NCBI GenBank assembly: GCA_027340875.1
Contig: DAIENX010000029.1
Coordinates: 1-18,211 of the forward strand
Direction of reading: 5' to 3'
Source: Elusimicrobiota bacterium
GTDB taxonomy: Bacteria > Elusimicrobiota > Elusimicrobia > Elusimicrobiales > UBA9959
Length of the DNA: 18,211 bases
The notes under the pieces are model-generated. The model ran no database searches. It saw only the letters and a program-made list of their open reading frames with translations, and was not told the DNA's origin. A program made the translations under genes and the position numbers. This document shows, one piece after another, positions 1 to 7,972 of the stretch; position 1 is the first letter of the stretch; every line of letters begins with the position of its first letter.

Positions 1-588
1 CGCGCGGTGGCGCATGCCCAGGATCTTGGAAAGCTCCTGCTGCTCGGTAAGCGGCAGGATGCAGCCGGCCGCCACCAGCCTGTTGTTGGCTATGACGGCC
101 GCGCCGTCGTGCAGCAGCGTGTTCTCGTGGAAGACGGTCAGCAGCAGCTCCTTGGAGATCTCGCCGTTGACGCGCACGCCGGTCTCCACGATGTCGCGCA
201 GGGCCATGTCCTGCTCCAGCACTATCAGCATGCCCATCTTCTCGGCGGCGGCGGAGCGCACGGCCTCCATCATCTCGCCGATGAACTTGTATTCCTGCGA
301 CACCATCACGCGGCCCAGCGGGTTGGACCCTATATTGGCCAGCGCGAAGCGGATCTCCGGCTGGAACACGACTATCAGCAGCACCATGCCGGCCACCCAG
401 AACTGCTGCATCAGCCAGACCGTGGCCGACAGCCGCAGCAGCTGCGCCAGCGCGGTTATCACCGCCAGTATGGAGACGCCCCAGATGACCTGCATGGCCC
501 TGGTGCCTTTCAGCATCAGGATCAGGCGGTACACTATGTAGTATACCGCCGCGATATCCGCCAGCGTCCTCAGGTAGTTCAGGTACAT
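1..588 (-). CDS. cdaA: Diadenylate cyclase CdaA/DacA (c-di-AMP synthase), 3' end runs off the window
   Basis: Manual translation from ATG at 588 (no stop before base 1, so absent from the ORF track): MYLNYLRTLADIAAVYYIVYRLILMLKGTRAMQVIWG...IVVFQPEIRFAL...GMLIVLEQD...NTLLHDGAAVI...AAGCILPL...LGMRHRA. Three N-terminal hydrophobic helices, FQPE(I)R, and the DAC catalytic motifs DGA and RHR. Confidence 0.95.
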   Translation of the reverse strand, partial: MYLNYLRTLADIAAVYYIVYRLILMLKGTRAMQVIWGVSILAVITALAQLLRLSATVWLMQQFWVAGMVLLIVVFQPEIRFALANIGSNPLGRVMVSQEYKFIGEMMEAVRSAAAEKMGMLIVLEQDMALRDIVETGVRVNGEISKELLLTVFHENTLLHDGAAVIANNRLVAAGCILPLTEQQELSKILGMRHRA

Positions 589-656
589 TCCAGTGCTTGC
601 GTCTCCGGTGCCGCGCCGGCAGCGCTATGCGCGCGCCGCGACAGGCGCCATGCCCG

Positions 657-2465
<1,809 letters not shown>

Positions 2466-2467
2466 GG

Positions 2468-3010
2468 TCAGTTACCTTCTATTGCTCCTTCCCTCAGCAC
2501 CCCTATGTACGGCAGGTTGCGGTAGATCCCGTTATAGTCCAGGCCGTAGCCGACCACGAACTTGTCGGGTATAGTGAAGCCGGCGTACTTTATCGGCACT
2601 TGGGCCTTGCGCCGGCTGGGCTTGTCCAGCAGGGTGCAGATCTCGAGCGTCCGGGGACGGCGCGTCTTCAGGTTCGGCAGCAGATAGTTCATCGTCAGCC
2701 CGGAGTCGACGATATCCTCCACGATCAGCACGTCGCTGTCCTCTATGCTCTCCTTGAGGTCCAGCATGATGCGCACCACGCCGGTGGAATGCGCGCCGGA
2801 ATAGGAGGAAAGCATCATGAAGTCCAGCCGCACGTCCGTGGTGATGTGGCGCGCCAGGTCCGTCAGGAAGAAGACGGAACCCTTCAGCACGCCCACCAGC
2901 GTAAGGCAGCGGCCGGCATAGTCCGTGGATATCCTCTCCCCCAGCTTTTTAATGCCGGAGGCGAGCTCCTCGGAGGAGATAAGTATCTCCTGCAGGTCCT
3001 TATGCATCAT
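2468..3010 (-). CDS. hpt: Hypoxanthine(-guanine) phosphoribosyltransferase
   Basis: VGVLKGS, PRPP-binding VLIVEDIVDSGLT, LLDKPSRR, FVVGYGLD, YRNLPYIG. Typical position directly upstream of ftsH (2-nt gap). Confidence 0.97.
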   Translation of the reverse strand: MMHKDLQEILISSEELASGIKKLGERISTDYAGRCLTLVGVLKGSVFFLTDLARHITTDVRLDFMMLSSYSGAHSTGVVRIMLDLKESIEDSDVLIVEDIVDSGLTMNYLLPNLKTRRPRTLEICTLLDKPSRRKAQVPIKYAGFTIPDKFVVGYGLDYNGIYRNLPYIGVLREGAIEGN

Positions 3011-3044
3011 ATTATTTTAGATTTTTTAAGCGCGTTTTACCATT

Positions 3045-3079
3045 AAAAAGAGGAGCCGGGGCATAAGCCCCGGCTCCTC
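3045..3079 (-). terminator. Rho-independent terminator downstream of the phospholipase D gene
   Basis: Minus strand GAGGAGCCGGGGC-TTAT-GCCCCGGCTCCTC (perfect 13-bp stem, 3050-3079) followed by TTTTT (3049-3045). Confidence 0.88.
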
Positions 3080-3097
3080 CGGCTGGCCGGCTTTCAG

Positions 3098-4666
3098 TTA
3101 GCGGTCCTGGATCAGGCCGTCCGCGCCGGGGGCCTGCTGCTCGAGCTGCGCGTAGAAGAACTGCGACATGATCTGCGACACCATGCCGGGCTTGGTCTCC
3201 AGCTCCCTGGCGTCGCTGATCTTCTTGGCCGCCGCGAGGTCGCGGGCGAAAGCCGCGTCCAGCTGGGCTACCGAGGAGCGGTCGAGGACGTTCACGTTCA
3301 CCTCGGTATCTATGCGCTCCCCGCGGGGGTGCAGGTTGTAGGAACCGATGTCGGCGAACTCTCCGTCCACGGTCATGAACTTGGAGTGCAGGGTCTGCAT
3401 GTCGCCCTGCTTCAGGTAGATGTTAACGCCGGCCTGCTGCAGCGGGATCAGGCACTTGGCCATAGCGTCGACTATCGGCTTGCCCTCGGAGTCTATGCTC
3501 TGGCTGGAATTGGTGAGGATATTGACCTCTACACCGCGGGCGCGGGCCTCGAGCACGGCCTGCGTCACGGCCGGGAGGGCCACGAAGTAGGCGTTCTCTA
3601 TGTTGATATTGCGGGTGGCGCCGTACATGGCCTTCACTATGCTGACCAGGATAGGAGAGGTCTTGGGCGGGTTCTGCAGCACCACCGCCACGCGGGCGGA
3701 GCCGCCCTCGTATTCGGGGGCCTGCGGGGCCCGCACGTCCACGGACTTGAAGCCGAGCTTGCGGACGGACACCTGCTTGTTCCAGACGTCGCCCAGCAGG
3801 CGCTTGGCCTCGGCCACGGCCGGGCCGGAGAAGAGGATGTCGGTATCGCGCCAGAGCACGGTGCCGGCCTTGTGGGAGTAGACGTCGCCGAAATTCATGC
3901 CGCCGGCCACCGCGTACTGGTCGTCGGCTATCATCACCTTGACGTGCCAGATGTCGCCGGAGCGGTCGAGGTCCTTGTGGCGGATGACGGCTATGCCGGC
4001 GTCCTCCATCATCTTGACCACTTTCTTGCCGTGGGTGTTGGCCACGATCGAGTCGATGATGATCTTAACGTCCACGCCTTCCTTGTGCTTGGCTATCAGC
4101 ATCCGGGCGGCTTCGTAGCCGGTGGTGTCGTCATAGAAGGCCCAGCTGGAGATCAGCAGGCTCTTCTTCGCGCTCCTGATCAGGGCGTCCTTGGCCTCGA
4201 AAGAGGCCTCTCCGTCGATAAGAAAGCGGGTGTAGTTCGAGGAGGAGAAGCTGGCGCCGGTGACGGCCTCGAACTCGGAAACGAAACCGGGTTCCGTGAA
4301 CAGGGAGGGCTGGCCGGCGCTGCGGGCCGGGAAAGCGGCCGACTTGGAGGCGTTGATGACGCGCTCGGAGATCTTCTCGAAAGACGGGGCGCCGGTGCCG
4401 GGCAGCCAGCCGAGGTCCGCGATCTGGGTGCCGAGGGCGTGCCAGAGAGTGACGGCGGTGCCGGCGTAAGAGACCGGTTCAGGGCCGGAGAACTGCTGGG
4501 GAACGCCGCCGCCTTCCGCCTTCGGCTGCGGTATAGGCGAAGCCTTGAGCTCGTCACCGTTCAGCCCGAGCGAAGCGGACGCGGAACCCAGGTTCTGGGC
4601 CGCGGCGAAGCCGGGGAACATGACGCAGGAAAGAAGTATGGTAAGGGCGGTCTTTTTGTTCGTCAT
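3098..4666 (-). CDS. Secreted phospholipase D superfamily protein (cardiolipin synthase/PLD-like, two HKD motifs)
   Basis: Two HxKxxxxD motifs: WHVKVMIADD followed by GGMNFG, and LHSKFMTVDG followed by GSYNL. Also IENAYFV. Sec-type signal peptide MTNKKTALTILLSCVMFPGFAAA. Confidence 0.9.
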   Translation of the reverse strand: MTNKKTALTILLSCVMFPGFAAAQNLGSASASLGLNGDELKASPIPQPKAEGGGVPQQFSGPEPVSYAGTAVTLWHALGTQIADLGWLPGTGAPSFEKISERVINASKSAAFPARSAGQPSLFTEPGFVSEFEAVTGASFSSSNYTRFLIDGEASFEAKDALIRSAKKSLLISSWAFYDDTTGYEAARMLIAKHKEGVDVKIIIDSIVANTHGKKVVKMMEDAGIAVIRHKDLDRSGDIWHVKVMIADDQYAVAGGMNFGDVYSHKAGTVLWRDTDILFSGPAVAEAKRLLGDVWNKQVSVRKLGFKSVDVRAPQAPEYEGGSARVAVVLQNPPKTSPILVSIVKAMYGATRNINIENAYFVALPAVTQAVLEARARGVEVNILTNSSQSIDSEGKPIVDAMAKCLIPLQQAGVNIYLKQGDMQTLHSKFMTVDGEFADIGSYNLHPRGERIDTEVNVNVLDRSSVAQLDAAFARDLAAAKKISDARELETKPGMVSQIMSQFFYAQLEQQAPGADGLIQDR

Positions 4667-4678
4667 GCCTATAGTATA
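4667..4678 (-). promoter_or_regulatory. Putative sigma70 -10 element (TATACT) positioned for a leaderless PLD transcript
   Basis: Minus strand TATACT (4678-4673), 6 nt (ataggc), then ATG (4666). No clear Shine-Dalgarno. An upstream terminator means the gene needs its own promoter. Confidence 0.6.
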
Positions 4679-4724
4679 CGCCCTTCAAGCCGCCGCCGTA
4701 AGGGCCGTAAAGGCAGGCGAAGGC

Positions 4725-4754
4725 AAAAAAAGGGCCCAGACTTTTCTGGGCCCT
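4725..4754 (-). terminator. Rho-independent terminator downstream of the 101-aa gene
   Basis: Minus strand AGGGCCCAGA-AAAG-TCTGGGCCCT (perfect 10-bp stem, 4731-4754) followed by TTTTTT. Confidence 0.88.
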
Positions 4755-4834
4755 ATGGGTTAGCGGCCCTGGGACCGGGCCAATGTACCCGCGCAGGCGC
4801 GCGGGCGTATCCTATCGATATCTATATTATGGAC

Positions 4835-5140
4835 TCAATCCCAGTCGAACGGATTCTCCGGCCTGGAGGTATCCCCGGAGTCCTCGATGCGCTTCTTCTC
4901 TTTCTGGAACTTCTCCTCCAATTCCTTCTTTTTTTCCTCCATGGACTTGCCGGCGTTGTTGAAATAGTCGTCCAGGCGGGTCTTGTCGGCCTGCATCTTC
5001 TTCATCGCCTCGGCCATCAGGTCGCCGCCTTCCTTGACCTGCGGCTTGTCCCAGTGCTTGAGCACCTTGCCGGTCTTGCGGTCCACCTCTATGCGCGCCT
5101 TGCAGCACGGACAGTCTATCAAAAACGTTCCCTCGCTCAT
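4835..5140 (-). CDS. Small conserved-looking hypothetical protein with an N-terminal CPCC knuckle and a C-terminal charged coiled coil
   Basis: 101 aa with strong SD (AGGAAGGGGAGG) and typical codon usage. IDCPCCKARIEVDRKTGKVL, then a K/E-rich helix (MEEKKKELEEKFQKEKKRIE) and acidic tail PENPFDWD. Confidence 0.85.
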   Translation of the reverse strand: MSEGTFLIDCPCCKARIEVDRKTGKVLKHWDKPQVKEGGDLMAEAMKKMQADKTRLDDYFNNAGKSMEEKKKELEEKFQKEKKRIEDSGDTSRPENPFDWD

Positions 5141-5179
5141 AAGACCTCCCCTTCCTCATTTACAAAATCATTGCCCATT

Positions 5180-5307
5180 GTCAGGCACGGCAGGCCGGAT
5201 AAGCAAAACCTTCGTGAAGGCGAGGCTTGCATAGCGCCGAGCCTGAATGATGAGTGAGGCCACGGTGTGGCCGAACGCGTTTTGCGTTCCGGTCTGCCGG
5301 GACTGAC
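5180..5307. repeat. 128-bp intergenic element with long imperfect terminal inverted repeats and internal hairpins (MITE/REP-like element or structured ncRNA)
   Basis: 5180-5199 (GTCAGGCACGGCAGGCCGGA) pairs with 5288-5307 (TCCGGTCTGCCGGGACTGAC), continued by GCAAAAC (5203-5209)/GTTTTGC (5279-5285). Internal hairpins AGGCTTG...CGAGCCT (5223-5244) and GGCCAC-GGT-GTGGCC (5258-5272), plus CCTT-CGTG-AAGG (5209-5220). Confidence 0.6.
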
Positions 5308-5309
5308 TC

Positions 5310-6014
5310 TCACTTAACACCCCAAATTGGGTGCTGCTGCGGCAGCACCGTCACATGCCTCAGCCGCTCGGCTGCGAGGCACGAAGCCTCGCGCACGAAA
5401 CGCCCCGAGGGCGGCCTGCTCACCCCGCGGCGGCGCGTGGCAGGCTGTATAAAAAAGGGAACTTCGGAGTGAACCCCGGCGGCCAGCCTGACGGCTTTAG
5501 CGAAATCTGCCATCGTGCTTTCCGACGTCAGCACCGTCTTGATGAAGGTCTTTTCCGGCGCCACTGCCAGGAAGCGGCCATGAGCCGTCCAGAAGCCGCG
5601 CTGTCCCGTCGAGGAAGGCAGCTTTATGTCCATCGCCACCACGTCGACCAGGGCGGAGACGTTTTCCAGCTCCCGGCAGAGGACGCCGTTGGTCTCCAGG
5701 TGGAGCCGGAGGCCGGCCTTTTTCAGCTTCGGCGCGAGGATTTTTATGAAGCGCCACTGCAGCAGCGGCTCCCCTCCGGTCAGCGATACATCCCCGGACT
5801 TCTTCGCCCTGGCGAGCTTTATCACCCGCCGGGCGGCTTCGTCCGCGGACATCGTTTCGGCAGAGGCCTCGTCCAGCGCGGCCGGCTCGTCGCAGTAGCC
5901 GCAGTCCAGGTTGCAGCCGGAGAAGCGCAGGAACACCTGCCGCTGTCCGGCGTAAAGTCCTTCGCCCTGCAGGGAGCAGAAGATCTCGGCCACCGGAGCT
6001 GTGATGGTCTTCAT
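5310..6014 (-). CDS. queE: 7-carboxy-7-deazaguanine synthase QueE (radical SAM)
   Basis: EIFCSLQGEGLYAGQRQVFLRFSGCNLDCGYCD (CxxxCxxC), VSLTGGEPLLQ, LHLETNG, MDIKLPS, C-terminal LPQQH. Adjacent to queC. Confidence 0.93.
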   Translation of the reverse strand: MKTITAPVAEIFCSLQGEGLYAGQRQVFLRFSGCNLDCGYCDEPAALDEASAETMSADEAARRVIKLARAKKSGDVSLTGGEPLLQWRFIKILAPKLKKAGLRLHLETNGVLCRELENVSALVDVVAMDIKLPSSTGQRGFWTAHGRFLAVAPEKTFIKTVLTSESTMADFAKAVRLAAGVHSEVPFFIQPATRRRGVSRPPSGRFVREASCLAAERLRHVTVLPQQHPIWGVK

Positions 6015-6022
6015 ACGGGAGC

Positions 6023-6700
6023 TCAGAGGGCGGGGTCCGCTAGCCGGGCCTCGGCGAAGCCTTTCGCGCGCAGCTTGCAGGAATCGCAGCGGCCGCAGGG
6101 GCGTTTGCCGCCGCTGTAGCAGGACCAGGTCAGCTCCAGCGGGGCCTTCAGCCTGACGCCCAGCCTGGCTATACCGGCCTTGCTCAGCCTTATCAGCGGG
6201 GTCAGTATCTTTATCGGCCGCCCCGCGGCGCCGCGGCGGGTGCCGAAAGCCGCCGCCCTCTGCAGCGCCCGGTAGAACTCCGGCCTGCAGTCCGGATAGC
6301 CGGAATAGTCCAGCACGTTGGGGCCGAGCACCACGGCGTCGGCGCCCATGGAATCGGCCAGCGAGAAGCCGATGGAGGCGAAGACCAGGTTGCGACCGGG
6401 AACGTAGGTCGACGGGATATCCCCCTTCCTGCCTATCTCGCCGGCGGGCAGGTCAGGCAGTTCCAGCTTTCTGTTCACGAGGGAACTGGTAGCCAGCCAC
6501 GGGAAGTCCAGCCTGATCTCGTAGAGCCTGACCCCCAGGCGGCGGGCGATGGCGCGCGCCGCCGCGTTCTCGCGGGAATGCCGCTGGCCGTAGTCGAACG
6601 AGACGGCTTCGCAGGCGTAACCCTTATCAAGCGCCCAGCAGAGGGCGGTAGTGGAGTCCAGCCCGCCGGAGAACAGTACTACCGCTTTTTTCTTTGCCAT
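6023..6700 (-). CDS. queC: 7-cyano-7-deazaguanine synthase QueC
   Basis: PP-loop SGGLDS, FDYGQRH, STYVPGRN, DYSGYPDCRPEF, zinc site TWSCY...CGRCDSC. Confidence 0.97.
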   Translation of the reverse strand: MAKKKAVVLFSGGLDSTTALCWALDKGYACEAVSFDYGQRHSRENAAARAIARRLGVRLYEIRLDFPWLATSSLVNRKLELPDLPAGEIGRKGDIPSTYVPGRNLVFASIGFSLADSMGADAVVLGPNVLDYSGYPDCRPEFYRALQRAAAFGTRRGAAGRPIKILTPLIRLSKAGIARLGVRLKAPLELTWSCYSGGKRPCGRCDSCKLRAKGFAEARLADPAL

Positions 6701-6712
6701 ATGTTTAGGACG

Positions 6713-7420
6713 TCAGTCGGCCGCGTTCTTCACTATGCCGGCGCCCGCTTTGAAACGAATGCTGGGCACCGCCTTCATAGTGCCCTTCTTCAGGACCATG
6801 TCCATGTCCCGGCGCCCGGTCTCGGGCCTGAAGGCCATGAAATCCAGCACGCGGCCGCTGGCGTGTATCTCCTGCAGCGCCGCCGGGAAAGCGTCGCGGC
6901 CCTCGAACTCCTCCGCCAGGGCGCGGGCGCAGATCATATCCTCTACGTGGCTGGCGTCGTAGAAAAGGCAGGCCGGCACTATCAGCGTGGGAGCCGGGTT
7001 CGCCCGGCAGTAGGCCGCCACGGCGGGGAAGTTGGCGAAGCAGGCCACCAGTATCTCCCCGGCCAGCAGCAGCGAGGCCGCGGCCGGCGAGCCGGAATTG
7101 GTAACGGAAAAAGCCGGGCGGGACGGGTCGGAGCCGTGCAGGGCGGTGTACGGGGAGTTGTCGTACTGCTCCACGCCCGGGCCCAGCGCTATCTCGGAGA
7201 AGATGTCGGCTTCCGGAGCGGCCCGCCTGGCGGCGAGGGCCATCGAAGGCGTGGCGTAGACCCTGACGTCGGCGCGCCCGCTCTCGAGCAGGGCGCAGAC
7301 GGTATTGGAGAACCGGAAAAGGTCTATCACGATCCCGCGGCCGCGCCAGGTGCGGGCCTCCGCGCGGTCCAGCGCTATCCGGACCTCACTTCGCGACGGG
7401 GGTAGAGACCTCTGTGACAT
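6713..7420 (-). CDS. Divergent 2-phosphosulfolactate phosphatase (ComB) family protein
   Basis: Family motifs present in order but diverged: IVIDLFRFSNTV (VIDVLRATT), YDNSP (GNSP), SVTNSGS (TTTNGT), VACFANFPAVA, HVEDMICARAL (ED..CAG.L). 5' end overlaps the upstream gene by 35 nt, so the start is uncertain. Confidence 0.8.
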   Translation of the reverse strand: MSQRSLPPSRSEVRIALDRAEARTWRGRGIVIDLFRFSNTVCALLESGRADVRVYATPSMALAARRAAPEADIFSEIALGPGVEQYDNSPYTALHGSDPSRPAFSVTNSGSPAAASLLLAGEILVACFANFPAVAAYCRANPAPTLIVPACLFYDASHVEDMICARALAEEFEGRDAFPAALQEIHASGRVLDFMAFRPETGRRDMDMVLKKGTMKAVPSIRFKAGAGIVKNAAD

Positions 7421-7778
7421 ACCTGATAGCCAGCGCGCTGACGAAAAGCTCCGGTTCCTCGTAAACTCCCATCTCCGGCCCGGCCGAGGCGGAGTCCACC
7501 GAGAGGATGACCGCGTCGGCCCCTATCTCGGCGGCCTGCCGGCGGGCCTGCAGCTTCATCCTCTCCAGGGCCGCCTCGCTGCCGGAAGCCTTGACCCTCG
7601 GGCTGTGTATGATCGCTATTCCCCCCCACGGCCGGCTGGTCTGGTCGCGCGAGGAGAACACCTCCACATTACGCCAGTCCCGGGGCTGGAACCACGGGCC
7701 CACCTGGATGACGTCCAGCTTCGCTGTCGCGCAGGCGCAGGCGGCCAGCAGCAGGATGGCGGCCGCCAGGGGCTTCAT
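7386..7778 (-). CDS. Predicted lipoprotein, YbjQ/RcsF-like (heavy-metal-binding-like) fold
   Basis: Signal MKPLAAAILLLAAC(AC) with a lipobox. C-terminal pattern MKLQARRQAAEIGADAVIL...SALAIRY is typical of YbjQ-like/DUF4156-type lipoproteins. ATG overlaps the hicA stop (TGATG). Confidence 0.7.
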   Translation of the reverse strand: MKPLAAAILLLAACACATAKLDVIQVGPWFQPRDWRNVEVFSSRDQTSRPWGGIAIIHSPRVKASGSEAALERMKLQARRQAAEIGADAVILSVDSASAGPEMGVYEEPELFVSALAIRYVTEVSTPVAK

Positions 7779-7963
7779 CAGGGCTGGTCCACACCGAGGT
7801 CGCGGCAGATCTTGCGGACCGTGAAGTCCGCGATCTCGTTGTGCCGCGTGACGGGAACTTCCTTGTTGTTGACGGGATTCGTGAAGATGGAATATTTTCC
7901 GCCTTCGCGGGAGAGCACGCAGCCCTTGCTCGTGAGATGTCTAACCAGGTCCTTGCGTTTCAT
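7778..7963 (-). CDS. hicA: HicA-family toxin-like protein (61 aa), orphan, catalytic His replaced by Tyr
   Basis: MKRKDLVRHLTSKGCVLSREGGKYSIFTNPVNNKEVPVTRHNEIADFTVRKICRDLGVDQP matches the HicA pattern MKR.DL...L...GC.L.REG..H.....P......VPRH.EI......KIC..L. Start moved from the ORF-track TTG (8017) to ATG 7963, which follows the SD GGGAGGAA. Confidence 0.88.
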   Translation of the reverse strand: MKRKDLVRHLTSKGCVLSREGGKYSIFTNPVNNKEVPVTRHNEIADFTVRKICRDLGVDQP

Positions 7964-7972
7964 ATCTTCCTC

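Noticed and set aside
589..651. In-frame upstream ATG (651) and TAG (627-625) before cdaA, suggesting read-through or a uORF
   Set aside because: Only 8 codons with no SD, and the extension has no CdaA-like character. The ATG at 588 already gives a normal N-terminus.
5179..5215. TGTCAGG...CAGGCCGGATAAGCA resembling the SRP (4.5S) RNA core or a c-di-GMP-I riboswitch start
   Set aside because: Lacks the SRP CAGG-x-CCGGAAGG-x-AGCAGC helix and the GAAA tetraloop/receptor layout of c-di-GMP-I. These bases instead pair in the long closing stem.
3329..5257. 642-aa + strand ORF spanning PLD, the intergenic region and the 101-aa gene
   Set aside because: Mirrors two real minus-strand genes and crosses a terminator hairpin. 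Composition is typical of a shadow frame.
5310..6700. queC/queE as an anti-phage (Qat, type IV CBASS, Dpd) module
   Set aside because: QueC has canonical length and motifs. No TatD, ATPase, CD-NTase, TGT/DpdA or other defence genes are in the window.
6701..6712. Possible preQ1 riboswitch upstream of queC
   Set aside because: The gap is only 12 nt, and I see no preQ1 hairpin with an A-rich tail here or upstream of hicA.
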